A stretch of 64,000 nt of DNA, from positions 35,685-99,684 of the forward strand of contig CAUWMZ010000002.1 of NCBI GenBank assembly GCA_963560035.1, in the 5' to 3' direction. The position numbers and the translations under genes were made by a program. The notes beneath the pieces were generated by a model, which ran no database searches, had not been told where the DNA came from, and worked only from the letters and a program-made list of their open reading frames with translations. The stretch comes from an uncultured Parabacteroides sp. Its GTDB lineage: Bacteria > Bacteroidota > Bacteroidia > Bacteroidales > Tannerellaceae. Of the stretch, positions 1 to 10,587 are shown one piece after another (position 1 is the first letter of the stretch; every line of letters starts with the position of its first letter).

Positions 1-873
1 AAATATTGGAATATTCATCAACTTAAAGAGCTTTTTTCATTTGCTTCATGGAGTATGTTAGGTGAAATAGCATGGGCATTCACTGGACAAGGGGTGAATA
101 TATTGTTAAATATATTTTTTGGTCCAGTTATTAATGCTGCAAGAGGTATTTCATCTCAAGTCGATGCTGCAGTGAGAAGTTTTGTGCAAGGATTTCAAAC
201 AGCAGTAAATCCTCAGTTGATAAAAAGTTATGCGGCTGATGAAATAAAAGAGATGTTGCATTTATTGTATCGAAGTATTCGTTTTTCTTATTTTTTGTTG
301 TTTTTGTTAGCATTACCATTGATTATTGAAATGGATTTTGTTTTGGGCTTATGGTTGAAAAGTGTGCCAAAGCATGCGGTTTTGTTTTGTCGGCTATCGT
401 TGATCTGTTCATTAGTTGATACACTATCAAATTTATTGACACAAATACCTAGAGCGAGTGGAAAAGTAAGAAATTATCAAATGGTCGTTTCTACTATATT
501 ACTTTTAAATTTCCCAATTTCTTATATTGTTTTAAAATGTGGAGCAGTACCGGAAATAACACTTGTTGTTTATTTATGTATTTCTTTATTGTTGCTTTTT
601 AGCCGTTTTTATATGTGTAAGAGATTAATAGATATGTCTGTTTCTGACTTTTGTTATAGTGTCTTAAAGCCAGTGGTAAAAGTAACATCAATGTCCATAA
701 TTATTTCTTTATTAATGGCTTTTTGTTTGCATGGTAATTGGATATATTCTTTATTAAATATATTGGTTATTGTTGTTTCTACATTGTTGTTTATTGTGAT
801 TTTTGGTATAAATAGAGAGGAATACATATATGTAAAGAATATAGTTATAGGTTTAAAAAAGAAGATATTTTAA
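1..873 (+). CDS. wzx: Polysaccharide flippase (Wzx/MATE-like), 5'-truncated by window edge
   Basis: Frame 1 is open from base 1 (KYWNIHQLKELFSFASW precedes the ORF-track Met). Multi-TM protein with GVNILLNIFFGPVINAARGI and FQTAVNPQLIKSYA segments typical of Bacteroidales CPS flippases; first gene of a GT cluster. Confidence 0.8.
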   Translation, partial: KYWNIHQLKELFSFASWSMLGEIAWAFTGQGVNILLNIFFGPVINAARGISSQVDAAVRSFVQGFQTAVNPQLIKSYAADEIKEMLHLLYRSIRFSYFLLFLLALPLIIEMDFVLGLWLKSVPKHAVLFCRLSLICSLVDTLSNLLTQIPRASGKVRNYQMVVSTILLLNFPISYIVLKCGAVPEITLVVYLCISLLLLFSRFYMCKRLIDMSVSDFCYSVLKPVVKVTSMSIIISLLMAFCLHGNWIYSLLNILVIVVSTLLFIVIFGINREEYIYVKNIVIGLKKKIF

Positions 874-879
874 AAAAAT

Positions 880-2007
880 ATGATTGAGAGCGCTACTATA
901 ACGTGGATATATTATAAAAACTATGGTACTTATTTACAGGCATATGCTTTGCAGAGAGTAGTGGAAGATATGGGCGTGAATAATACAATTATTTATGATA
1001 AAGGTTTTTTATTAGAGAATAGTATAAAAAGAAGTAGAAAGAGTAAATTGATCTTGGATTTAAAAAAGCTTATAATTAACGTTTTACAATATTTTAAGGG
1101 AATAAGAAAAGACTTTAAATCTAAAAATGATTTCTTTTATAGATGTTTTGCGGATAAATATCTTTCAATAGATTATGATTCAGATTCTTTTGAGAAAATA
1201 GATTTAAAATATGATTTGTTTTTTTGTGGAAGCGATCAAATATGGTCTTTTTATGCATCATATAATCCTTATTTTTATTTAGCTTTTACACATAAGCCTA
1301 AAATCGCTTATGCTCCTAGTACTGGGACAGGTGTTTGTTCGGACGAATATAAAAAGAATGTGAAATTAGCACTTGAAGATTTTTCTTTTTTATCTGTAAG
1401 AGAGATGGATGGAAAAAATATGTTATCTTCTTTTGTTAATAAGGAAATAGAGGTGGTATTAGATCCAACGTTACTTCTTAAAAGAGAGAAGTGGAGTCAA
1501 ATATTGGTTCCTGTATCATATGATAATTATATTATATGTTATTTGTTGTCATATAATGAAGCATATTTAAATTATGCTAGAAAAATGGCAAAAAAATGTC
1601 AATCTAAATTGTTTATATTTGCGACAGATAATAGATATGTTCGATATGCGGATGAACTAATTATTGGGGGACCTTCAGAGTTTTTATCTTATATAAGTAA
1701 AGCCAAGTTTGTTTTAACGGATTCTTTCCATGCTACAATATTTAGTATCCTTTTCGAAAAAGATTTTTTAATATTTAAGCGTTTCGTTGATGGTGAAAAA
1801 GGTGATCAAAATGCAAGAATACGCAATTTATTATTGTTGTTGCATATAGAAGGACGCTTCTTGGGAGAGGATGATTTGTTGATGTTTGATGAATCTGTAC
1901 ATATAGATTATCATTGTTGCAACAAATATATGGATTATTATCGTCAATTCTCTTTGAGATATTTAGAGCGTAGTATTAATTCTGTTTTAAAGGAAAAAGT
2001 TGAATGA
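880..2007 (+). CDS. Polysaccharide pyruvyl transferase family protein
   Basis: NYGTYLQAYAL N-terminus, GSDQIW, DPTLLL and TDSFHATIFSILF motifs. Confidence 0.85.
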   Translation: MIESATITWIYYKNYGTYLQAYALQRVVEDMGVNNTIIYDKGFLLENSIKRSRKSKLILDLKKLIINVLQYFKGIRKDFKSKNDFFYRCFADKYLSIDYDSDSFEKIDLKYDLFFCGSDQIWSFYASYNPYFYLAFTHKPKIAYAPSTGTGVCSDEYKKNVKLALEDFSFLSVREMDGKNMLSSFVNKEIEVVLDPTLLLKREKWSQILVPVSYDNYIICYLLSYNEAYLNYARKMAKKCQSKLFIFATDNRYVRYADELIIGGPSEFLSYISKAKFVLTDSFHATIFSILFEKDFLIFKRFVDGEKGDQNARIRNLLLLLHIEGRFLGEDDLLMFDESVHIDYHCCNKYMDYYRQFSLRYLERSINSVLKEKVE

Positions 2008-3233
2008 ATTTTATTTGTGCATATGAACATTGTACCGCTTGTTGTGCGTGTTTAAATATTTGTCCTAAAAGTGCAATTAAACTGGAAGAAAAAGGTCCAT
2101 TAGGTTTTTTTCATCCAACAATTGATCAGTCTTTGTGTATAGATTGTGGACTTTGTGAAAAGATTTGCCCTGTAAATCATCCAGTAACTTTGAATAAGCC
2201 AATATCTTCATATGCTGTTACTTGTAAAAATGAATCGGAAGTAAAAGCTAGTGCTTCAGGTGGAGCGGCTTATGCATTATCTAAAAAAATATTGGAAGAT
2301 GGAGGAGTAGTGTACGGTTGTGAAATGGAAGATTATAGAACGATAAAACATTGTCGTTATACAACAGAGCATGATATGGAGCGTATGCGTGGATCTAAAT
2401 ATGTGCAAAGTAATATAGGATTAATATTAAAATCTGTAAAAGATGATTTGATGCGAGGGAATAAGGTGCTTTTTACAGGTACACCTTGTCAAGTTGCGGG
2501 ATTAAAGTCTTTTTTGCGTAAAGATTATGATAATCTATATACGGTAGATTTAGTTTGTCATGGTGTTCCGTCTCAAAAATTGTTACGTGAAGATATTGAA
2601 TCTATTTTAGATCAGCAGGGCATTTCCATACCTGTAGGGTTGAAAGTGCATTTTAGAGAAAAGCGTTTATCTAAAAATGCAAAGCTGGATATTAAGTATG
2701 GAGTTTTTTTTGATGAGAATATGTCTTTATTGGGACAAGAATTTTTACGAAATAATTATATAACATCATTTATGTCTTGTCTTACAATACGAGATAATTG
2801 CTATACTTGTGTTTATGCTCAAGCAAGACGTTGTAGTGATATTACTGTTGCTGATTATTGGGGATTAGGAGACAACTGCGTGGTAAATCGGCAAAATGGT
2901 ATTTCTCTTTTATTGCCTTCAACAAAGAAAGGTGTATCTCTGTTAAATGCATCTAAAAAATTTATGCTCTGGCAAGAACGTACTGTCGAAGAGGCAATAA
3001 ATGGAAATGGTCGTTTAATGTCACCGTCTGTAGTGCCTATAAATCGCCAATCTTTTATTCAAGATTATCAATGTTATGGAGTAAAAGCTTATGATAAACA
3101 TTTGAAGAAGTATCGGAAGGAATATGTTAGAAAGGAAAAACTGACATCTTTTGTGAAAGAACATCCGTTTTATGCGTTACCAATTCGATTTTATTGGAAA
3201 ATATCTCGTTTATTATCAAAAGTGATATCCTAA
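2004..3233 (+). CDS. Coenzyme F420 hydrogenase/dehydrogenase beta-subunit-like protein with N-terminal 2x[4Fe-4S] ferredoxin domain
   Basis: CTACCACLNICP and CIDCGLCEKICP clusters, SASGG, GSKYVQS, GTPCQVAGL, DLVCHGVPS, CYTC and SDITVADYWG motifs. Confidence 0.85.
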   Translation: MNFICAYEHCTACCACLNICPKSAIKLEEKGPLGFFHPTIDQSLCIDCGLCEKICPVNHPVTLNKPISSYAVTCKNESEVKASASGGAAYALSKKILEDGGVVYGCEMEDYRTIKHCRYTTEHDMERMRGSKYVQSNIGLILKSVKDDLMRGNKVLFTGTPCQVAGLKSFLRKDYDNLYTVDLVCHGVPSQKLLREDIESILDQQGISIPVGLKVHFREKRLSKNAKLDIKYGVFFDENMSLLGQEFLRNNYITSFMSCLTIRDNCYTCVYAQARRCSDITVADYWGLGDNCVVNRQNGISLLLPSTKKGVSLLNASKKFMLWQERTVEEAINGNGRLMSPSVVPINRQSFIQDYQCYGVKAYDKHLKKYRKEYVRKEKLTSFVKEHPFYALPIRFYWKISRLLSKVIS

Positions 3234-3273
3234 TTTGTTAATTGTATATTGTAATATATGAAATTTAAATTGT

Positions 3274-4404
3274 ATGATAGCAAAATTGAAAAAAATATTT
3301 ATTTTTATTTTAGAGTTTATTCGAAATAATGTATGTTATTATAAAAATGTAAGTGAACAAGATGCTTTAAATTTGTTACAATTTTATTGTCCATCTTTGG
3401 TAAATTCTACTTGCATGTGTAGTAATGAAATTGTGCATGTATATGATTTACAGATTATTGTTCCTGCATATAAAGTGGAAAAATATATAAAAGAGTGCAT
3501 AGATTCAATATTAAATCAAAAAAGTAGATATTCTGTTTTATTAGTTGTTATCAATGATGGGTCTCCAGATAAGACGAGAGATATATTACGGCAATATAAA
3601 AATTGTAAGCATGTAAGAATTGTAGATCAGGAAAATAGAGGACTTTCAGGTGCTAGAAATACAGGTCTTAAATTTATTGAAGCGAGGTATGTGACATTTA
3701 TAGATAGTGATGACATGTTGATGTCTGGAGCGATAGATTCTTGGATGGAGGCTGCATATGCGAATGATGCGGATATTGTAGAAGGTGGATATGTAACATT
3801 TAATGATACAACGCATGTTATTCGGTCGTATTCGCATGAGTCTTTGATCACAAATAAGTGGGAAGGTCTTTTATTTGGTTATAGCTGGGGTAAGGTTTAT
3901 AGATCAGAATTATTTAAATCAATATGTTTCCCTGAAAAGTATTGGTTTGAAGATACTATTAATGCTATGATAGTATATCCATTAAGCAAGAAAAATGTTT
4001 TGTTAGATAAAATTGTATACCGCTATCGATTAAATTCACAAGGAATTACAGCAACATCTGTTGCTAATGCGAAGATTCTTGATACAATATATATTACAAA
4101 GCAGATTTTGCAAGATAAAGAAAACATGAATATACCTGTAACTCAAGAGGATTATGAATTTTTTTTAAAGCAAGTAATAGTTAATTATAGTAGGATATCA
4201 ACACTTAGAAACAGTTTAATAAATCAAGCTGTTTTTTGTTTAACATGTGAGTTAATCCAATATTATTTTAAAGGTTTTTTAACAAATAGATCTTCTGTTA
4301 GAAAATTAGAATTGAGCCTTTATAATCGTAGCTTTAGGGGTTACATGAATTTCTTTTATTTGAAAAAAGTAATGTCTGTTAGGCGAATATTTATAAAACT
4401 CTGA
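3274..4404 (+). CDS. Glycosyltransferase family 2
   Basis: IIVPAYKVEKYI, INDGSPD, NRGLSGARNTG and FIDSDD motifs; about 55 aa N-terminal extension. Confidence 0.9.
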   Translation: MIAKLKKIFIFILEFIRNNVCYYKNVSEQDALNLLQFYCPSLVNSTCMCSNEIVHVYDLQIIVPAYKVEKYIKECIDSILNQKSRYSVLLVVINDGSPDKTRDILRQYKNCKHVRIVDQENRGLSGARNTGLKFIEARYVTFIDSDDMLMSGAIDSWMEAAYANDADIVEGGYVTFNDTTHVIRSYSHESLITNKWEGLLFGYSWGKVYRSELFKSICFPEKYWFEDTINAMIVYPLSKKNVLLDKIVYRYRLNSQGITATSVANAKILDTIYITKQILQDKENMNIPVTQEDYEFFLKQVIVNYSRISTLRNSLINQAVFCLTCELIQYYFKGFLTNRSSVRKLELSLYNRSFRGYMNFFYLKKVMSVRRIFIKL

Positions 4405-4408
4405 ATGT

Positions 4409-5158
4409 ATGAAAATTGATATGATTCCTAAAGTTATACATTATTGTTGGTTTGGAGGGAATCCATTACCAGAAAGTGCAAAAAGATGTATTCAGTCATG
4501 GAAAAAATATATGCCTGATTTTGAGATAAAAGAGTGGAATGAAAGTAATTTTGATATAAATATAATATCATATACAAAAGAAGCATATGATGCAAAAAAA
4601 TATGCTTTTGTTAGTGATTATGCTCGCTTTTGGATATTATATAATTATGGAGGAATATATTTTGATACAGATGTTGAATTGATAAAATCAATAACAAAAA
4701 TTGTAAATCAAGGTCCATTTATGGGATGTGAAACTATAGCTTCTTTTAATAGTATAGCAAATGTAAATCCTGGAGTAGGTTTAGGAGCAACACCTCAACA
4801 TTATTTGTATAAGGAGTTTTTAGATAAATACTCGGATCTTCATTTTGTAAATAAAGATGGAACTATAAATACTACAACTATTGTTGTATATACTATGGAA
4901 ATTTTGAAAAAACATGGTTTGAGAAATTTGAACGAGATACAAAAGTGTGGTGGTATTAATATATATCCTAAAGAGTATTTTTGTCCTATTGATTATCAGA
5001 CGGGAAAAATAGAGATAACATCGAAAAGTGTTTCAATACATCATTTTACAGCGACATGGAAAACTGAATCTCAAAAGAAAAAAGATTTTTTTATAAAGTT
5101 TTTAGGTCCAAATCTAACTAGATTATGTGTTAAAATGAAGCATTTGTTTAATGTCTAA
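4409..5158 (+). CDS. Glycosyltransferase family 32-like (DXD sugar-binding; capsular polysaccharide synthesis)
   Basis: IPKVIHYCWFGG, AFVSDYAR, GGIYFDTDVE and IHHF motifs. Confidence 0.9.
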   Translation: MKIDMIPKVIHYCWFGGNPLPESAKRCIQSWKKYMPDFEIKEWNESNFDINIISYTKEAYDAKKYAFVSDYARFWILYNYGGIYFDTDVELIKSITKIVNQGPFMGCETIASFNSIANVNPGVGLGATPQHYLYKEFLDKYSDLHFVNKDGTINTTTIVVYTMEILKKHGLRNLNEIQKCGGINIYPKEYFCPIDYQTGKIEITSKSVSIHHFTATWKTESQKKKDFFIKFLGPNLTRLCVKMKHLFNV

Positions 5159-5173
5159 GTTAATTTAAAATTC

Positions 5174-6370
5174 GTGGAAGCTGTAATTATATCGTTTTTG
5201 TATTTTTTATTTGATAGGGAACTCTCGTTTACTTTACATTCAGAAGAGTTGATATCTGTGCATGTTTTTTTATCAGAACTTTTTACAGTGTTAATGTGCT
5301 CTTATGTTTTATTTTTTACTAAAAAAAGAAAAAAGTTTTTGTATTACTCAATAATTATATTTCTTCCTTTTTTTGCTATGTTGATTTCTGCTTATTTTAA
5401 AGAAGGTGATTATTGGGTGATACTTGGTTGGTTTTATCCGATATTAGGAATGTTGTCCCTTCTGTTAATAAAGTGCGTTAATCGAGAAAAAACTATCTAT
5501 TTTATTCGTGTAATTGCGAATTTATATCTTTTACTATTAGTCGTTAATTTTGTCTTTTTAGTGTTCTATCCTGATTGTTTTTTATCAGATAAAGGTGGAG
5601 GAGATGCTTACTTCTTGGGACTGGAAAATCAAATAGGTTATCCGATATTAAAAGGCCTTTGTTTTATATTATTGGATTACTTCTTTACAAAAGGAAAAAT
5701 GAGACTTTATGTTTATTTGATTATCCATGTTTGTACTTTATTGATAATATTTTCGGGTAGTAATTTAATAGGCCTATTTTGTATGTTGTTGTTTTTGTTT
5801 TGTTATCCATTTAAAGAAATAGTCTCTTCTATTTCATTAAATAAAATTTTAATCGTGATTGTCTCTATGTATATTGTGGTGTTTGTTTTTGGAAATTTGT
5901 CTTCACTGTTGAAGTTAGATATATCACAATATATTATAGTGGATGTGTTAGGAAAAGACGACACCTTGTCAGGACGAACAGCAATTTGGGATATGGCAAT
6001 TCATGATTTTTTTGATGATCCTCTTTTAGGTCATGGTGCTCAGGCTGATACAAATGTATTTTATTTTCCATCCAAAAATTCAAGGGGGGTATATTTAAGT
6101 GCTCATAATCAAGTCTTGCAGTCTTTATATGAGTGTGGTTTGTTGCAATTTATTTTTATGATACCTTTAATTAGAGTATTTGGACAATCATTAAAAAAAT
6201 CAGAAAGGTTTGTTGATTTAAGTTTTAAATCAACGTTTATTTGTACATTTATAATGTATATGGGGGAGGCTCCTGGACTGAATAAGATTTTTTATATAAT
6301 GGTTATTGCTATTGTGATTTCAAATGTTTTTAAAAGAAATTTATCGAAAAATGTTAAACCTTATATTTGA
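5174..6370 (+). CDS. wzy: O-antigen polymerase/ligase family membrane protein
   Basis: GTG start; about 10-11 hydrophobic segments; periplasmic loop with TLSGRTAIW, PLLGHG and SAHNQVLQ typical of Wzy_C. Confidence 0.75.
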   Translation: MEAVIISFLYFLFDRELSFTLHSEELISVHVFLSELFTVLMCSYVLFFTKKRKKFLYYSIIIFLPFFAMLISAYFKEGDYWVILGWFYPILGMLSLLLIKCVNREKTIYFIRVIANLYLLLLVVNFVFLVFYPDCFLSDKGGGDAYFLGLENQIGYPILKGLCFILLDYFFTKGKMRLYVYLIIHVCTLLIIFSGSNLIGLFCMLLFLFCYPFKEIVSSISLNKILIVIVSMYIVVFVFGNLSSLLKLDISQYIIVDVLGKDDTLSGRTAIWDMAIHDFFDDPLLGHGAQADTNVFYFPSKNSRGVYLSAHNQVLQSLYECGLLQFIFMIPLIRVFGQSLKKSERFVDLSFKSTFICTFIMYMGEAPGLNKIFYIMVIAIVISNVFKRNLSKNVKPYI

Positions 6371-6372
6371 TT

Positions 6373-7332
6373 ATGCTTTTATCTATAATTATCCCTGTAT
6401 ATAATGTTGAAAAATATTTAAGAAAATGTTTGCTTTCTTGCGTTAATCAAAATGTATTAAAAAGTGAATATGAGATAATTGTGATCAATGATGGATCACC
6501 AGATAATAGTTTGCTTATAGCAGAAGAATTCGCAAATAAATATGATAATATTAGAGTTGTATCTCAAAAAAATAAAGGACTTAGTGAAGCGAGAAATGTT
6601 GGAATGTCATATGCGTATGGAAAGTATATTTGGTTTGTAGATTCTGATGATTGGATAGAAAAGGATTGTTTATGTAGATTATTCGTTGAATTATTAAAGG
6701 AAGAGGTTGATATATTGCAATTGCAATATCGTTTAGTATATGATGACACTTCTTTAAACAGAGAAGTGTCATCATATATTATAGAAGGAATACAGTCTGG
6801 AAAAAATATTTTATTAGATGGAGGATTTCCAGCTCCTGCACAATTTTCTATTTATCGAGCACAATTTCTTAAGGATAATGGTTTAGAGTTTGTTAGAGGT
6901 ATTTACCATGAAGATTCTGAATTTAAACCGCGTGCAATATATTGCGCTAAAAGCATAAAATCAGATGATAAGATAAGTTATAATTATTATCAACGTTTAG
7001 AAGGGAATATAACTGCTTCATTTCGATTGAAAAATGGCATAGATCTAGTGACTGTGATGAATAGTCTTTACAAATTTGCGATAGAGAAGAATGTTGACAA
7101 ACATTGTTTAAAGGCATTTTGCTATCAAATAGGAATGTGCATGAATTCTTTATTGTTAGGCTATAGACAATTGAATAGTGAGGATAAAGAAGTATTAAGA
7201 CAATATTTAAAAAGAAATAGGTATTTATTTTCTCTTATGGTTCAAAGTGGAAATTTGAAGTATGCATTAGAGGGATTGTGTTTTAAGTTTAATATCGTTG
7301 TAGGATTTTTATTGCATAAAATATTCAGATAA
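6373..7332 (+). CDS. Glycosyltransferase family 2
   Basis: LSIIIPVYNVEKYL, INDGSPD, GLSEARNVG, FVDSDD and GIYHED motifs; ATG at 6373 preferred to TTG at 6367. Confidence 0.9.
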   Translation: MLLSIIIPVYNVEKYLRKCLLSCVNQNVLKSEYEIIVINDGSPDNSLLIAEEFANKYDNIRVVSQKNKGLSEARNVGMSYAYGKYIWFVDSDDWIEKDCLCRLFVELLKEEVDILQLQYRLVYDDTSLNREVSSYIIEGIQSGKNILLDGGFPAPAQFSIYRAQFLKDNGLEFVRGIYHEDSEFKPRAIYCAKSIKSDDKISYNYYQRLEGNITASFRLKNGIDLVTVMNSLYKFAIEKNVDKHCLKAFCYQIGMCMNSLLLGYRQLNSEDKEVLRQYLKRNRYLFSLMVQSGNLKYALEGLCFKFNIVVGFLLHKIFR

Positions 7333-7402
7333 AAACAGGAGTATATATAGTAAATGTCTGTATAATATTAACTTAATAATTAGCGATAAAATTTTTTAAA
7401 AT

Positions 7403-8242
7403 ATGAGCGTATTAAAAAATATTGCTATATCGGTCATAATTCCCACATATAAACCGAAAGATTATTTATGGCAATGTCTAGATTCTATCTATAGTCAAAC
7501 ATTTCCTCATGATAAGTTTGAGCTTATTATAGTGTTAAATGGATGTAAATATCCTTATGATGAATCTATTAATTTATATTTTAAGGAGAAGGGAAATGAT
7601 CTAAAAGTAAAATATATACAAACGGATATAGCTGGAGTAAGTCATGCTCGTAATCTTGCGTTGGATGTAGCGGAAGGAGATTATATAACATTTGTTGATG
7701 ATGATGATTTTGTTTCTAAGGATTATTTGAAGGAATTATATTTAAAAGTAGATCCCTTAACAATTAGTTTATGTTATCCATTTGCTTTTAATGATGGTGA
7801 GGAAAATATTCAGCTTCCATTTGTTATGACTGATGCATACAATAGCTGTTTAGCCTTAGAGAAAAATATATTATTGTCTAAGGCTAGAGTTTTTTTTTCC
7901 GGTCCATGTATGAAATTAATACCAATAGGATGTATCCGAAAACGAAGGTTTGATATACGCTTTCAAAATGGAGAAGATAGTTTGTTTATGTTTTTGATTT
8001 CGGATGAGTTTAAAAACATAAGATTTGCATCTTCAAATGCAGTTTATTATCGGAGAGTTCGTATGAATAGTGCTGTTACAAGGAAAAGGACAATGAAGGA
8101 GGTCGTTATTAATTCATTAAAATTAATAGGGGCTTATTCTTCTATATATTTTTCAAATGTATTTAAATATAGTTTTAAATTTTATTTAACACGTGTATTA
8201 GGAGCTTTACATGTTGTATATATATATGCATTGAAGCGATAA
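7403..8242 (+). CDS. Glycosyltransferase family 2
   Basis: ISVIIPTYKP, GVSHARNLAL, FVDDDD and GEDSLF motifs. Confidence 0.85.
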   Translation: MSVLKNIAISVIIPTYKPKDYLWQCLDSIYSQTFPHDKFELIIVLNGCKYPYDESINLYFKEKGNDLKVKYIQTDIAGVSHARNLALDVAEGDYITFVDDDDFVSKDYLKELYLKVDPLTISLCYPFAFNDGEENIQLPFVMTDAYNSCLALEKNILLSKARVFFSGPCMKLIPIGCIRKRRFDIRFQNGEDSLFMFLISDEFKNIRFASSNAVYYRRVRMNSAVTRKRTMKEVVINSLKLIGAYSSIYFSNVFKYSFKFYLTRVLGALHVVYIYALKR

Positions 8243-8260
8243 AATCTAACTTCTAATAAA

Positions 8261-9448
8261 ATGAATATAGTTATAATAGCAAATTTTTCCGCTAATTTGG
8301 ATGGTTCTTCTATGGGACGTTTCACCTATTTGGGTGAAATGTTATCTGCAAGGGGTCATGATGTGAGAATATTAACATCAAGTTTTGATCATGGGAAAAA
8401 AACTCAGCGGTCAAAAGTTTGGGATAAATTTAAATCTAAGATTTGTTTATTGTATGAGCCTGGTTATCCAAATAATGTTTGTTTAAAGCGTTTTTATAGT
8501 CATTATATATGGGGTTGTAATGTCAAGAAATATTTAGATGCATTAGCCGTAAAACCGGATGTCGTTTATTGTGCTTTACCATCATTGACTGCGGCGGTAA
8601 AGACTGCTAATTATTGCAGAAAGAATAATGTCAAATTTATCGTTGATATTCAAGATTTATGGCCTGAATCGTTTGCAATGGTATTGAAGTATAGTATATT
8701 AAGTTTATTTTTGAAGCCATTTGAGTGGTATGTTAATAAAGCATATTCGGCAGCGGATGTTGTAGTTGCGGTATCAGACACATATATTAAGCGATGTTTA
8801 GCTGTAAATAGGCAAGCAAAAGATTATGTATCGGTGTTCTTAGGAAATGATGGTGATGAGTTTGATAAGGGGAAAAAGAAATATTCGATAAGTCATTCTA
8901 AAAATGAGGTTTGGTTAGCTTATATAGGAACATTAGGTTATAGTTATGATATCCCTTGTGTAATAGATGCTGTGAGTATGGCTGCGAAACATATGCCAAA
9001 AGATATGCAATTAAAATTTGTAGTAATGGGAGATGGTCCATTAAGGCAAAATTTTGAGCGATACGCAAAAGAAAAAAGTATTTACTGCGAATTTATGGGG
9101 AAATTGCCTTATTTACAAATGGTTGGTGTTTTGAGTTCTTGTGATATAGCAATTAACCCAATTATAAAAGGTTCTGCTGCAAGTATAATTAATAAAGTTG
9201 GAGATTATGCTCTTGCTGGTTTGCCTGTTATTAATACTCAAGAGTGTCTAGAGTATCGAGAGTTGGTTGATGCTTATCAATGTGGAATTAATTGTGAAGT
9301 TGGTAATGTTGTTGAAGTTAGTAATGCTATCGTAGATTTAGTGTCCAATGTGTTATTGCGGAGAAAAATGGGAGAAAATTCACGAAAGTTGGGCCTAGAA
9401 AAATTTGATAGAAGAGAGACCTATAAAGCTATAGTAAATTTATTTTAG
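8261..9448 (+). CDS. Glycosyltransferase family 4
   Basis: DIQDLWPE, YIGTLGYSYD, VMGDGP and NKVGDYALAGLPVI motifs (GT-B). Confidence 0.85.
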   Translation: MNIVIIANFSANLDGSSMGRFTYLGEMLSARGHDVRILTSSFDHGKKTQRSKVWDKFKSKICLLYEPGYPNNVCLKRFYSHYIWGCNVKKYLDALAVKPDVVYCALPSLTAAVKTANYCRKNNVKFIVDIQDLWPESFAMVLKYSILSLFLKPFEWYVNKAYSAADVVVAVSDTYIKRCLAVNRQAKDYVSVFLGNDGDEFDKGKKKYSISHSKNEVWLAYIGTLGYSYDIPCVIDAVSMAAKHMPKDMQLKFVVMGDGPLRQNFERYAKEKSIYCEFMGKLPYLQMVGVLSSCDIAINPIIKGSAASIINKVGDYALAGLPVINTQECLEYRELVDAYQCGINCEVGNVVEVSNAIVDLVSNVLLRRKMGENSRKLGLEKFDRRETYKAIVNLF

Positions 9449-9457
9449 AGGGGAATT

Positions 9458-10087
9458 ATGTATAAACATTTTTTTAAGCGGTTATTCGATTTTATTATTG
9501 TCTTATGTGTTCTGATGATGATATGGCCTATTTTGTTGTTGATTACTATTTGGCTTCATTTTGCGAATAAAGGGGCAGGTGCTTTTTTTACACAAGAGAG
9601 AGTCGGAAAAGGGGAAAAGCCTTTTAAGATATATAAATTTAAAAGTATGACAGATGAACGAGATGCAAATGGTGATTTATTACCAGATGCACAAAGGTTA
9701 ACCGCCATTGGTGCGTTCATTAGAAAAACAAGCATTGATGAGTTGCCTCAATTGTTTAATGTTCTAAAGGGAGATATGGCTTTGATAGGTCCACGGCCGT
9801 TGTTACCTGAATATTTACCATATTATACAGAGCGTGAGCGTTTGCGTCATACTGTACGGTCTGGTATTTCTGGATGGGCACAAGTGCATGGAAGAAATAA
9901 TTTGACATGGAATCAGAAGTTGGAATATGATGCCTATTATGTAGAACATTTGAGTTTGAAAATGGATTTAATTGTATTACTGGTTACTGTAAAAAATATA
10001 GTGAAAGTAGGAAAGGATGTGGTAATAATTCCAGGCGAGAAAGCAGGAAAACTAAATGTGGAACGAGCTAATTGTAGGTTGAAATGA
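9458..10087 (+). CDS. Initiating phosphoglycosyl (sugar) transferase, PglC-like
   Basis: KRLFD, single TM, FFTQERVG, FKIYKFKSM, DELPQLFNVLKGDMALIGPRP and GISGWAQVHGRN motifs. Confidence 0.9.
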   Translation: MYKHFFKRLFDFIIVLCVLMMIWPILLLITIWLHFANKGAGAFFTQERVGKGEKPFKIYKFKSMTDERDANGDLLPDAQRLTAIGAFIRKTSIDELPQLFNVLKGDMALIGPRPLLPEYLPYYTERERLRHTVRSGISGWAQVHGRNNLTWNQKLEYDAYYVEHLSLKMDLIVLLVTVKNIVKVGKDVVIIPGEKAGKLNVERANCRLK

Positions 10088-10587
10088 ATATAAGGTTTTT
10101 AACTGAAGAAGATTTGCAAATTCGGATACAATGGATGAATGATCCAAAAGTGTATAAAAGTATGCATTTTGAAGTTCCTGTTCATTTAGAGAATACTTAT
10201 AAGTGGTTTTTTGATGCTAAGAATAATAAAAGTCGAGTTGATATGGTTTTTGAAGAAGACGGTTTGTTAGTTGCAATGGGAGGATTAACAAATATAATTC
10301 ATGATATAAATAAAGCTGAACTTTATATTTTTGTGAACCCTAAAATTCAGCAAAAAGGTATTGGAACTAGTGCGACTAAACTGTTATGTCAATATGGATT
10401 TGAAATTCTAAATTTAAATAAAATATACTTGGCAACAAATGAAGATAATTTTGCCGCTAGAAGGGTATATGAAAAATGTGGGTTTTCTTTGGAAGGTGTT
10501 TTAAGACAAGAATATAAAACAGAAGATGGAACATTGTTAAGTAGAATGTATTATGGCTTATTGAAGGGAGAATTGTTAAATGAGTAA
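10084..10587 (+). CDS. GNAT N-acetyltransferase (RimJ/RimL, PseH/SpeG-like)
   Basis: QQKGIGT acetyl-CoA motif, LNLNKIYL and NFAARRVYEKCGFSLEG. Confidence 0.8.
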   Translation: MNIRFLTEEDLQIRIQWMNDPKVYKSMHFEVPVHLENTYKWFFDAKNNKSRVDMVFEEDGLLVAMGGLTNIIHDINKAELYIFVNPKIQQKGIGTSATKLLCQYGFEILNLNKIYLATNEDNFAARRVYEKCGFSLEGVLRQEYKTEDGTLLSRMYYGLLKGELLNE

